Below are positions 47,359 through 57,264 of a stretch of 64,000 nt of DNA, piece after piece; positions within the stretch are counted from its first letter, which is position 1, and each line of letters starts with the position of its first letter. A program made the translations under genes and the position numbers. The notes beneath the pieces were generated by a model. It searched no databases. It saw nothing but the letters and a program-made list of their open reading frames with translations, and was not told the DNA's origin. The stretch lies in NCBI GenBank assembly GCA_965226205.1, contig CBDDCJ010000028.1, forward strand, positions 491,384 through 555,383. The letters are read 5' to 3'. The stretch comes from Opitutales bacterium. Lineage in GTDB: Bacteria; Verrucomicrobiota; Verrucomicrobiia; Opitutales; UBA2987.

Positions 47359-47473
47359 TGAAGTGGACGGGGTTGTTTGGACAATTTTGACGTGGGATTA
47401 AGGTGGAAATCGTGTTCATATTATTTTTTAAAAATATATTTTGTCCTTAGCCAAAGACGGGCACGCAGGTGCC
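47359..47473 (-). mobile_element. Solo 115-bp right-end fragment of the IS3-family element (identical to 56013-56127, inverted)
   Basis: By my manual alignment the two 115-bp segments show no mismatch. The outer terminus TGAAGTGGACGGGG lies at 47359. Confidence 0.85.
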
Positions 47474-49099
47474 GAGGCCTTTGGCCTGCAGCCAGCTTTC
47501 CAGGGCGCGCCACATCGCCAGAGCCAGAAAACAGATCAGAATGTGCGCTTGCACACGCTTTTCTTTGTGTTGATAGACCGGCCGCAGCCCCAAGTCGCTT
47601 TTGGCGCAACGAAAGGCTGCCTCGACCTGTGTCAGTTGTATATACCACCGCCCCAGCTTTTGTGGGTCTTCCTCCTGGCAGTTGGTTCGCAGCAGATAGG
47701 TCCCGTGGGCCAGTTGGGCCCAATCGGCTTTGCTCTCGTCTTCGGTGATTTGCAATGCGCAGGCCCGTCCGGCGGCGTCGATTTGCACTTCTACGGTGAA
47801 TATTTTTTCGGCCATGGTGTGGCGGCCGATACGGCGTTCAACCGGATCGAGTTTCTGCGCTCGCCGACGCAAACTCAGGTCGATCTGGTCGAGCTTTTTG
47901 CGCAAACGCTCCTTTTGCTTGCTCAGCATGGCGGCTTCTTTTTGACCCCGTCCCTGGCTGCGGCAAAGCACATATTGCTCGATCTGGGGGCAGTCGGGAT
48001 GTTTCACCAGTTTGACCTCCACCCCCGCCCGCACCTCGCTCCAATCGCCTTGCTCGAGCAGATCGAGGGCAAAGTTTTTGAGATGGCTCTTGGGCGAGCC
48101 CACGATGTAGCGGGCCCCTTTGCCGCGCAGGTATTCGAGGTTGGCCTCGCTCACCATGCCGCGGTCCAGCACCCAGATGCGATCGGCCACCCCGTAATGC
48201 GATTCCATCAACTCGACCCTCTCCTGCACCGTGGTCACATCGGCGCGGTTGCCGTCGAAAACCTCATAGGCCAGGGGCAGCCCTTCGGGGGTCACCACCA
48301 GTTCAAGACATACCTGCTTGCAATCCGGCCGCTGGTCCCGGCTGTAGCCGCGCTGGGCCTGGGCATTGCCCTCGCACCGGCCCTCAAAATAGGTGCTCGT
48401 TATGTCGTATAAAAGAAACTCGAAACGCGTCCCAAACCAGCTTTCATAGCGTCCTTTAAGATGACTGAACAGTTCCCGGCGCAAGGGCAAGACACGATTC
48501 AGTCCGCGATACAAACGGTTGTCATAGATCTCATCCACATCCACCGCCATCAAATCCTCCAGCGCCGTCGAGCCATACCAGCGCTCGGCCAGAGCCAGCT
48601 CCGAGGCCTGTTCGCAAAAACGCCCCAGCGCCAGAATCGAGGCCACCTGGGCCCAGCCCACCGACTCCCGGCCCGGCGGCAAATGCTCCTCGAAGAAACG
48701 ATGCAGCCCCAGCCGCCGCCACAGCGCCAGAGCCACATACACTTTGCCAAATTGACGCACCCGCTCCACCCGTATCCGACCCAGATTCACCTGCGCCCAC
48801 AACGGAGTCTCCGGTTTATCCTCGGTAAATAAATCCAACTGCTCGGCCCCCGCAGCCTCATCATCGCCATCGAGGAGCCGACCGATCTGCTCCCAACCCA
48901 ACCGCTCATCCTCATCGAGCCCCGGCTCCTTGCCAATGTGGGCCACGATGCGCTGGCGCGGCCCCTTGGCTGTGCGCACCGACTCCACCAGCGTCCAGTA
49001 ATCATAATCCTGGCCCTTCTTACGACGACGATGGCGACGCAAATACATCAACACCGACCCTGCACTACTTCTCCGAAAAGGCAATAGAGTGGTCTGCAC
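47474..49099 (-). CDS. IS1634-family (IS4-related) transposase, C-terminus truncated at the junction with the IS3 fragment
   Basis: ...FLLYDITSTYFEG..., ...IWVLDRGMVSEANL... and ...LRPVYQHKEKRVQAHILICFLALAM... are DDE-type motifs. The track ORF (47447..49099) takes its last 8 codons (GTCVPVFG*) from the IS3-derived repeat. Confidence 0.8.
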
Positions 49100-49209
49100 T
49101 ACACGGCATATTCACACCCCAACCCTGACAACCATGCGCCCTACAGCACGAAAAACCCTAAAAATAATCGATTTACCCCCCAACTGTCGAACTCAGGTTA
49201 AGTTCCCGA

Positions 49210-49998
49210 CTACCGCGTATCCGCCAGCATTTTCATTAGGTGGATGGTGAAGAGGGCGGCTTGGCGGGCGGCGATTTGGCCTAGTCTTCGGTAGTGGACT
49301 CCGGGGTCGGGTTGGGCCGAGTTGCTGCCGCTGCGAATGACCAAGTGCGGTATTTTCAGGTGGTGGCAGACTTGGCCCACGGCGGAGCTTTCCATTTCCA
49401 TGAGGTCGCAGCCCAGTTTTTTGCGAATATCTGCAATCCGGTCGCTGGTCACTCCGAAAAAATCGCTCGAACAAACGGAACCTACCAGAACTTTTGGATG
49501 ATAGCTTTGGTCGCCTACTTTTACCTCGCCGGGGGTGTAGGTTTTGGCCGCTTTTTTGGCCAGTTTCAATAAACCCGGGTCGGCGGCGAAGGAATAGTGG
49601 GTCATCGATCCTTTGGTAGGTCCCCGCACTTTCCGGTAAATCACGCCCTCGTCGGTTAAACTTCCGGCGCAATGGTGAATGGACTTTTTGGCGATGATGA
49701 CGTCGCCGGTGCGTAATTTCTGGTTTATGCGCGCTCCCGAGCCGGTGAATATCAGCTCCCTGGGTTGGAACCGGGCGATGAAGAGGGCCGCGCACATGGC
49801 CGAGTTGGTGATGCCTACCCCCGTAGTCCCCACCACCACGGGATGGCCGTGAAGCCGCCCTTGATGGCAGGGAAACCCGTCCGAAAGGCCCGATTGGCTC
49901 ATTTTCATAAGAGCTTCGATGGGGACGGTTTCGGAGGGCATGGCCCCCAAAATCAAGGTGGGCCGGATTCGTTTTCGAGTTTTCGTTATTTTCCCCAT
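49210..49998 (-). CDS. MTA/SAH-nucleosidase-like protein (PNP_UDP_1 fold), second paralogue in the hopanoid neighbourhood
   Basis: ...LILGAMPSE..., TTGVGITNSA, FTGSGA and DLMEMESSAVGQVCHHLKIPHLVIRSGSN match the MtnN-type layout. Confidence 0.75.
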   Translation of the reverse strand: MGKITKTRKRIRPTLILGAMPSETVPIEALMKMSQSGLSDGFPCHQGRLHGHPVVVGTTGVGITNSAMCAALFIARFQPRELIFTGSGARINQKLRTGDVIIAKKSIHHCAGSLTDEGVIYRKVRGPTKGSMTHYSFAADPGLLKLAKKAAKTYTPGEVKVGDQSYHPKVLVGSVCSSDFFGVTSDRIADIRKKLGCDLMEMESSAVGQVCHHLKIPHLVIRSGSNSAQPDPGVHYRRLGQIAARQAALFTIHLMKMLADTR

Positions 49999-50179
49999 AT
50001 TGGAACAAAAGCTAACAGAACCTGACTTTCTGCGTCAAGAGACACATTCGCGGGGTTTAATACGGTTATGGCAATGGATGCGGTAAGGAATATAGTGATG
50101 GGCGGCGGCTTCCCCCCATTCATGCAATCTTGTTGACCTTTCGGGCTTTGAAATAATTTTAACAGCCTTAAATAACGGA

Positions 50180-52816
50180 ATGATTAAAAAGCTGGAAGAT
50201 ATTTTGCGCCGATTTCTGGAAATGTGGATCGGCATCGTTTTGCGTTGGCCGGGCACGGTGCTGACTCTTTCCGTGTTGTTTAGTGTTTTCGTTTACCACT
50301 ATACGGCCAACAACCTGAAGATAAACACCAATACCGGCGACATGATCTCCGCGGAGCTGCCGTTCCGCAAAACTTACGCCCATTACCAGGAAGTTTTTCC
50401 CCAATACCCGGACGGTTTGGCCATCGCGGTGGAAGCCGACACGTCGGAATTCGCCCAGGAAGGCGCCCGAATATTAGCCCGGCGGTTGCAGGCGGACACG
50501 GCCCATTTCATGAATACCTATCTGCCCAGGGGTGGTAAATTTCTGGAGGAAAATGGTCTCATGTTTCTCTCCGTGGAGAAACTGGAGGACCTGACCGACA
50601 ACCTGGCCAAGGCGCAGCTGTTGCTGGCCTCCCTCCATCGCGACCCGAGCCTGCGCGGGCTCCTCGATATGCTGGAAATCGGCATCGAGGTGTTGGCGGA
50701 CGATGAAGAATTGAATCTCGATCCGGTCTTTGCCAGAATCAATGAAGCATTCCAGGCAAATCTCGACGGCAGGCCCTTCTATCTCTCCTGGCAGGAGGTG
50801 ATGGGTGACAAGGATTCCAGCGAGGAAGATCGCCGCCGTCTGGTTTTGACGCAGGCCGTTTTCGACTATAACCAACTCCTACCCGCATCCAGGATTCTGG
50901 AAAAAATCCACTCCATCGGCAGAGAACTGGATGAGGACGGATCGAAGGGCATTCGGGTGCGGGTGACGGGTGGGGCCGCTCTCGCCCACGATGAATTGAA
51001 GAGCCTCATTTCCGGCTCGACCGCTGCCGGGGCGGCCTCGTTGGCGCTAGTCCTGATTACTCTATCGATTGGCCTACGCTCCATTTGGCTGGTGGGCGCT
51101 ACCTTTTCAATCCTACTCATGGGCATTCTTTACACATCCGGTTTCGCCGCATTGTCCATCGGATACTTGAACCTGATTTCAATTGCCTTCGCCATTCTAT
51201 ATATAGGCATGGGGGTTGATTACGCTATCCACATCTGCCTGCGCTACCTCGCTTTTCTCAACCAGGGGCTTTCCCGGCACGAAGCCTTGAAGGCCAGCGC
51301 GCTCGATATCGGCCCTTCCATCTTTCTTTGCACCCTCTCGACTTCGATCGGATTTTTCGCCTTTGTTCCCACCGATTACGCGGGCGTTTCCGAACTCGGG
51401 CTGATCTCCGGCGCCGGTATGTTTATCAGCCTGTTTGTCAGCCTGACGGTGCTGCCGGCGATGCTCAAAATCTTGCCGGCTCCAAAGGCGGCGAAGCCGG
51501 GCGGTTTGCTGATGGGCAAACTACTGGAACCGTTGAAAACCCTCCCCACCCGCCACGCAAGTCCGGTACGTCTGCTCACTTATGTATATTTGTTCGTTGC
51601 TGTTTTGGCGCTGCCCAAAATTGTTTTTGAATACGATCCACTCAAACTTCGGGATCCCACGGCAGAATCAATCGCCCTGGTCGAGGATATCATCGAAACG
51701 ACGGGTAAACATCCCAGCACAATCATTGTTTTGGCCAAAGACGATGCCACAGCCCGGCTTTGGACCGAAGAAATCGAAAATTTGAGCACCGTGGACAAGG
51801 TGGTGTCCATTCACAAATTCGTGCCCGAAAATCAGGAGGAAAACTCTTACCTGATCGAGGACATCGACCTCATTTTAGGGCCCCAAATGTTCGAAGCCCC
51901 CCAGGATGATCCGCCCACTTATGAGGAGCAAATATTAAAAATCCACAGTTTTCTGGCCACTCTGAAGGAAAATCCTGAGGGCGCCGGTCGTTCAATAGAG
52001 TTGGCCCGCACCGGCAAATTATTGGAAAAATTACTGGAAATCCTGGAGGATGAAATTCACCAAGAAAGCGTTGAACGCGTGACGAATCTGGAAAACAGCC
52101 TGATGGCCACCCTTCCCGTCTCTCTGGACACCCTGGAGACATCGCTATCCTCCGCTCCGTTCACACGGGAAGATTTGCCGGAAGATTTATACAGGCGGTG
52201 GGTCAGCGATGGGGGCGACTACCGTTTGCAGGTCTTTCCCATGGAAAATATCAGCGATAACGATGCTCTCAAGCGATTCGTGAGCGAAGTGCGGACCGTT
52301 TCCACTGGGGCCACTGCCGGTCCGGTATTCATTCTGGAAGCGGGTAAAGCCATCATCGGTTCCTTCAAGCAAGCCTTTATCAGCGCGATCATTCTCATCG
52401 CGCTGCTCCTGGTGCTCGTTTTCCGAAACTTCCGCGACCCTTTCTTCGTCCTTTTCCCCCTGACGGTGGCCGGAATCCTGACGGGCGCAGCCACCGTGCT
52501 TCTCGATATGCCGTTTAACTTTGCCAATATCATCGCTCTGCCCCTTTTGCTCGGTCTCGGGGTGGATAATGGCGTGCACATGGTTCATCGCCTCAGAAAA
52601 CCGGTTCCGGAAAGCGCCACATTGCTCCATACGAGCACGGCCAGAGGCATTTTTTTCAGCGCCTTGACTACTATTTTCAGTTTCGGCACACTTGGATTTT
52701 TAAATCACCGGGGAACCGCCAGCATGGGCCAGCTCCTCACTTTGGGCGTGGCCATTACCTTGCTGGTTACCCTGCTCGCATTGCCGGCCTTTTTAAACAA
52801 ATCTAAACGCGCTTAG
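50180..52816 (+). CDS. hpnN: Hopanoid-associated RND/MMPL-type transporter
   Basis: 878 aa. Two 6-TM bundles with large periplasmic loops, and GxxxD..H motifs (GMGVDYAIH and GLGVDNGVHMVH). It lies immediately upstream of hpnA. Confidence 0.85.
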   Translation: MIKKLEDILRRFLEMWIGIVLRWPGTVLTLSVLFSVFVYHYTANNLKINTNTGDMISAELPFRKTYAHYQEVFPQYPDGLAIAVEADTSEFAQEGARILARRLQADTAHFMNTYLPRGGKFLEENGLMFLSVEKLEDLTDNLAKAQLLLASLHRDPSLRGLLDMLEIGIEVLADDEELNLDPVFARINEAFQANLDGRPFYLSWQEVMGDKDSSEEDRRRLVLTQAVFDYNQLLPASRILEKIHSIGRELDEDGSKGIRVRVTGGAALAHDELKSLISGSTAAGAASLALVLITLSIGLRSIWLVGATFSILLMGILYTSGFAALSIGYLNLISIAFAILYIGMGVDYAIHICLRYLAFLNQGLSRHEALKASALDIGPSIFLCTLSTSIGFFAFVPTDYAGVSELGLISGAGMFISLFVSLTVLPAMLKILPAPKAAKPGGLLMGKLLEPLKTLPTRHASPVRLLTYVYLFVAVLALPKIVFEYDPLKLRDPTAESIALVEDIIETTGKHPSTIIVLAKDDATARLWTEEIENLSTVDKVVSIHKFVPENQEENSYLIEDIDLILGPQMFEAPQDDPPTYEEQILKIHSFLATLKENPEGAGRSIELARTGKLLEKLLEILEDEIHQESVERVTNLENSLMATLPVSLDTLETSLSSAPFTREDLPEDLYRRWVSDGGDYRLQVFPMENISDNDALKRFVSEVRTVSTGATAGPVFILEAGKAIIGSFKQAFISAIILIALLLVLVFRNFRDPFFVLFPLTVAGILTGAATVLLDMPFNFANIIALPLLLGLGVDNGVHMVHRLRKPVPESATLLHTSTARGIFFSALTTIFSFGTLGFLNHRGTASMGQLLTLGVAITLLVTLLALPAFLNKSKRA

Positions 52817-52836
52817 AGCCTAAAACTGATCCACCG

Positions 52837-53823
52837 ATGGAAATTCTCGTCACAGGCGCCACAGGATTTGTCGGTTCCGCCGTCCTTCGCCTTTTATTAC
52901 AGGAAGGTCACAGCATGCGCGCCCTTGCCCGCGAGGGCAGCGACCGCAGAAACCTCGGCGATCTCCCGGTAAAAATCGTCATTGGCGATCTTAATGACCG
53001 CGCTTCGCTCGATTCCGCCCTTCGCAATTGCCAGGCACTTTACCATGTGGCCGCCGATTATCGGTTATGGGTCCCAAAACCGGAGGAAATTTACCAAAAC
53101 AACGTCGAAGGAACGCGCAATATCATGCGGGCCGCCGCCCAAGCCGGGGTCGAGCGTATCGTTTATACCAGCAGCGTGGCCGCCCTCGGCATGCTTGGGG
53201 ATGGGACCCCGGCAAACGAATCGACGCCCGTCTCCATCAACCATATGATCGGCCATTACAAACGCTCCAAATTCCTGGCTGAGGAGGTCGTGCGAAAAAT
53301 GGCGGTAGAAGAAGGATTGCCCGTCGTCATCGTCAATCCCTCCACGCCGGTCGGACCGCGGGACATCAAACCGACCCCCACCGGCAGATTGATCCAGGAT
53401 GCGGTTCGGGGGAAAATGCCCGCCTACGTCGATACCGGCCTCAACATCGTCCATGTCGATGACGTCGCCGCAGGGCATTTGCTGGCCTTTAAAAAAGGTG
53501 AAATCGGGGAGCGCTACATCCTCGGTTCCGAAAACATGACTCTGCGGGAAATTTTAGGAGAAATCGCCCGCCTCGCGGGGAGGCCGCCGCCCCGCATACG
53601 TCTGCCCCACAACCTCGTCCTGCCCATTGCCTACGCCATGGAGGCATGGGCTCGATTAACCGGTTGGTATATACCCCAGGCAACCGTTGACAGCGTCCGC
53701 ATGTCCAAAAAGAAAATGTTCTTCAGCATCGAGAAAGCCCGCCAAAAACTCGGCTACCAGCCCCGATCCGCCAAAGAAGCCCTCCAAGCCGCCGTCAGTT
53801 GGTTTCAAGAGCAGCCCTCTTAA
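52837..53823 (+). CDS. hpnA: Hopanoid-associated NAD-dependent sugar epimerase/dehydratase
   Basis: VTGATGFVGSAVLRLL Rossmann motif, YxxxK (YKRSK), and the hopanoid gene context. Confidence 0.85.
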   Translation: MEILVTGATGFVGSAVLRLLLQEGHSMRALAREGSDRRNLGDLPVKIVIGDLNDRASLDSALRNCQALYHVAADYRLWVPKPEEIYQNNVEGTRNIMRAAAQAGVERIVYTSSVAALGMLGDGTPANESTPVSINHMIGHYKRSKFLAEEVVRKMAVEEGLPVVIVNPSTPVGPRDIKPTPTGRLIQDAVRGKMPAYVDTGLNIVHVDDVAAGHLLAFKKGEIGERYILGSENMTLREILGEIARLAGRPPPRIRLPHNLVLPIAYAMEAWARLTGWYIPQATVDSVRMSKKKMFFSIEKARQKLGYQPRSAKEALQAAVSWFQEQPS

Positions 53824-53849
53824 ATCTAATGCAGACACCTTTACTGAAA

Positions 53850-54794
53850 TTAGAAACTAACCGAATCTTGCTTGATGAATATCTGTTCGTGAAAAATGGG
53901 TCGGGGCCAACCGCGAAAGTTGTTTTCCACACTGCACTCAACAGGAACATTGCCAAGCCGGGTATGCGCGCCCCAGATTTTGTAAGCGGAGCCGATAACA
54001 ATGATCGGAATATTTTCGGTCTGCAGATCCCGCACCCGCACCATGGCTTCGCGGCGCACCTCGGGATCGACAGAGAAAAAGGCCCTCTTCATCTGCGCGG
54101 TTGCCTCCCTTAACCATTTCGGACTTTCTGTGGAAGCATTACGATGCCAAAATGGTTGGTTGGGCGACCAGATTACCCAATGGTGAGGGGCGTCCAAAGG
54201 ATCGGCGGCTGCCCGCTGCAGGCTGGCAGTTATTTCGAATTCCCCATTCAACCGGCGGGGAAAAAGGATCTCTTCCTTTCCAGGGTTCAGGTGGACGCGG
54301 ATTCCGATGTCTTTCCAATGGTCGGCGACCAGTTCGCAAAAATCCAGGAGTCCGGAGTTGTTGATGACATCGATAATTACCTCAAAGGGGGAGCCGTCCT
54401 TCAATTCACGGGTTCCGTCGTTATCCGAATCGATATAGCCGCCAGCGTCGAGCAACTCGCGTGATTTTTGAGGATCATAGGAGGAATATTTTTGGGCGGC
54501 CTCCGCGGAATAATAAGGACTTCCCGTGCCGAAAGAGTATCCGCTTGGCACAAGAAGGCCGTTGTAGGCGATCCGGCCGATTTCCTCCCGGTTAATGGCA
54601 TGGGAGAGGGCTATGCGGACATTTTTCTCTCGAAAGGCATTTTGCAATGCGAGAGATGGAGCATCCCAGTTCAAATAAAGAGTGGGGCCGCGAACGGGAC
54701 GGGACTGCCTTAATTGAAAGCGACCTCTTTTTTCCTCGGCTTTGGCCGCAGGCACCATTTCGGCTTTGAAATTTTCTCCGAAAAGATCGATCTC
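53850..54794 (-). pseudogene. Family-5 ABC solute-binding protein, C-terminal half (gene split by IS3)
   Basis: This half continues the frame of 56128..57132 across the IS: ...LKFTNGE | IDLFGENFKAEMVPAAKAEEK...VRIALSHAINREEI... Confidence 0.8.
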
Positions 54795-54859
54795 TGAAAT
54801 GGACGGGGAAAACTGGACAGTGGAATAAGGTGGTCTTGAACCACTAAATCCGCTAACCT

Positions 54860-55165
54860 ATGAATGTTATTAAATCACGAAAGAGAAGACAATACAGTGC
54901 TGAGTTTAAAGCCCGAGTGGCCCTGGAAGCCATCAGGGGCGCTCATACCATCAACGAGATCGCCGGTCGTTTTGAGGTGCATCCCAACCAGGTGACCCAA
55001 TGGAAGAAGCAGCTTTTGCAGGGAGCAACGGAGCTGTTTTCGCGCCAGCGGCAGACTCTCAGCAAGGACAACGAGACGGAAAAAGATCACCTTTACCAGG
55101 AGATTGGAAAGCTGAAAGTAGAATGCGATTGGCTAAAAAAAAAGTCTGAACAACTCGGTTGGTGA
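54860..55165 (+). CDS. IS3-family transposase OrfA (HTH and leucine zipper)
   Basis: RRQYSAEFKARVALEAIRG..TINEIAGRFEVHPNQVTQWKKQ is the typical IS3/IS911 OrfA pattern. Confidence 0.9.
   Translation: MNVIKSRKRRQYSAEFKARVALEAIRGAHTINEIAGRFEVHPNQVTQWKKQLLQGATELFSRQRQTLSKDNETEKDHLYQEIGKLKVECDWLKKKSEQLGW
55135..55143 (+). promoter_or_regulatory. A9 slippery run, candidate programmed -1 frameshift site producing the OrfAB transposase
   Basis: ggctAAAAAAAAAgtc lies near the end of orfA, and the orfB frame is open across it. Frameshifting at A6-7G-type sites is the known IS3-family mechanism. Confidence 0.6.
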
Positions 55166-55175
55166 GAGGCGCAAG

Positions 55176-56039
55176 ATGGTGCAACCACTTCAAAGAAAAA
55201 TCAGTATCGGCAGGCAATGTCAGTTGCTGGGGCTGGCCCGCGGCAGCTATTACTATCGGGCCCGTGCCCAGTGCGAGCAGAACGTTCTCTACATGCATCG
55301 CATGGATGAGCTCTACACCCAATATCCGTTTTTTGGTTCTCGCCGGATGACCCAGTGGCTGCGTCGAGAGGGCCATGCAGTGGGACGAGGCCGCATCCAG
55401 CGGCTCATGCGCCAAATGGGCCTGGAGGCTATTTATCCGCGTCGAAACTTGAGCCAGGGGCACCGGCAGCACCGCATTTTCCCTTATCTGCTGCGGGGTT
55501 TGGCGGTCGAGCGGCCCGACCAGGTATGGTGCAGCGACATCACTTACCTGCGGCTGAGCCGAGGATTCCTTTTCTTGACCGTGGTGTTGGACTGGTTCAG
55601 CCGCTACGTGTTGAGCTGGCAGCTTTCCAACACCCTGGAGAGCCGCTTCTGTGTGCTCGCCCTGGAGGAAGCTCTGAGGCGGGCCCAACCTCAAATCTTC
55701 AACACCGATCAAGGCAGCCAGTTTACTGGCAGCGAGTTCACCTCGGTGCTGGGGCAAGCCGGGGTGCGCATCAGCATGGACGGGCGTGGCCGCTACCTGG
55801 ACAACATATTTGTTGAACGCTTTTGGAGAACCCTCAAGTATGAAGACATTTACCTGCGCGAATACGCCACGGCAAAGGAAGCCAGCGAAGGGATAGCCCG
55901 CTACCTGGACTTCTACAACCACCTGCGCCCCCACCAAGCCCTGGGCTACCGGACCCCGGCCGAAGTCCATGCAATCGGAGCAAAACCAACCTCCCCGCCA
56001 ATACAGCTTGCGGGCACCTGCGTGCCCGTCTTTGGCTAA
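55176..56039 (+). CDS. IS3-family transposase OrfB (rve integrase core)
   Basis: WCSDITYL...(D), FNTDQGSQFT (D) and ...ERFWRTLKYE (E) form the DD35E-type motif. Confidence 0.9.
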   Translation: MVQPLQRKISIGRQCQLLGLARGSYYYRARAQCEQNVLYMHRMDELYTQYPFFGSRRMTQWLRREGHAVGRGRIQRLMRQMGLEAIYPRRNLSQGHRQHRIFPYLLRGLAVERPDQVWCSDITYLRLSRGFLFLTVVLDWFSRYVLSWQLSNTLESRFCVLALEEALRRAQPQIFNTDQGSQFTGSEFTSVLGQAGVRISMDGRGRYLDNIFVERFWRTLKYEDIYLREYATAKEASEGIARYLDFYNHLRPHQALGYRTPAEVHAIGAKPTSPPIQLAGTCVPVFG

Positions 56040-56127
56040 GGACAAAATATATTTTTAAAAAATAATATGAACACGATTTCCACCTTAATCCCACGTCAAA
56101 ATTGTCCAAACAACCCCGTCCACTTCA

Positions 56128-57132
56128 CTCACCATTTGTGAATTTGAGCAGGATCATCTGCCTTTCCGGTACGATGCTAAAGAGCAGCCGGTCGGCATAG
56201 GGCAACTGGTTGCCGGCGCTGTCCACTTTCCAGTAGTAGGGATTGCGCTCATAAACAACCTTTTGGCCTCGAATCCACTCCACCGGCACCCAGGCTGACA
56301 ATCGCGGAATACCCGGCTCCATAACCAGCTTCCCCACAGTGACACGGGTGCGCTTTTTGAAATCATCGTAGGTGGCCTCGGCGTTATAACGGGGATGATA
56401 TTTGGCCCATATATGTTTGGGTTGAGCCAGGTCGTCATGGCAAAGGGAGTTCAATACACGCCCCAGCGGTTTCGAGGAGGTGATTTTCAACGTGAGATCG
56501 TCAACTTTTTCCAGTTTGATAGGTTTGCCATCGGCAAGCCACTCGCTAGGTGGAAAAGGCTCTGTCATAGCGTCTTTATCGAAAACCATGTCGTAATACC
56601 AGAATAGGATGTCATCGACGGTGAAAGGCATACCGTCGGACCAACGGATTCCCTTGCGGATATTGAAAATAGCCGTTTTGCCGTCTTCATAAAATTTATA
56701 ACTTTCCGCCAAATTCAGTTGGATACTCCTGGCCACGGGTCGTTCGTAGCCCAATAAATTTTCATTCAATGTTTTGGTAATTTCGGTTTCCTGCACAGTG
56801 TCGTCGGTGAGAGCGCGGCGGATGGTTCCCCCGTAAGTTCCGATTTCTTCGATGGGCACCACAATCAGCGGGTTTTCAGGGAGCCTTTCCGACACCGGGG
56901 GTAATTCACCACGGGCAACAAATTTGGCCAGCAGGGGAGCTTCCCCGAAGGAGCGGGTGGCCAGAATGGCAGAATCAATTTCAAGCGGCGCGCGGGTTGG
57001 TTGCCTGTTTTCCCGAGTGGGAGAAGCGCTCGCTTTGGGCCCGTCCGAATTCTCCGAAGGATCTGATTTTATGCAGCCACAGAGAAAAAGACCGCAAAAA
57101 AGGAACAACGAATATATAACCTGTCGAAACAT
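56128..57132 (-). pseudogene. Family-5 ABC solute-binding protein, N-terminal half with lipoprotein signal (gene split by IS3)
   Basis: Lipobox LFLCGC and SBP_bac_5-type sequence. The frame terminates at a TGA created at the IS junction. Confidence 0.8.
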
Positions 57133-57264
57133 AAATTAGTTTTAAATTGAAAGATGATGCATTTTTATCGACGGCTCCAAAAATATTTCTAAAATCGCAC
57201 CCAATCTATATAAAAGGCTAATTCTGGCCAGACATTCAAGTATAATAGAAATAGGAAATATATC

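Larger units (their letters stand above)
54795..56127 (+). mobile_element. IS3-family insertion sequence (1333 bp) with TG...CA termini and a 3-bp target duplication
   Basis: The left end is TGAAATGGACGGGG... and the right end is ...CCCCGTCCACTTCA. CTC is duplicated at 54792-54794 and 56128-56130. It has the orfA/orfB arrangement. Confidence 0.9.

Noticed and set aside
47359-56127. Composite transposon bounded by IS3 ends that mobilised hpnN-hpnA
   Set aside because: - The 3-bp sequences outside the two outer ends differ (TTG at 47356-47358 versus CTC at 56128-56130).
- The CTC duplication is fully explained by simple insertion of the complete IS3 into the binding-protein gene.
- Recombination or inversion remains possible and is reported separately.
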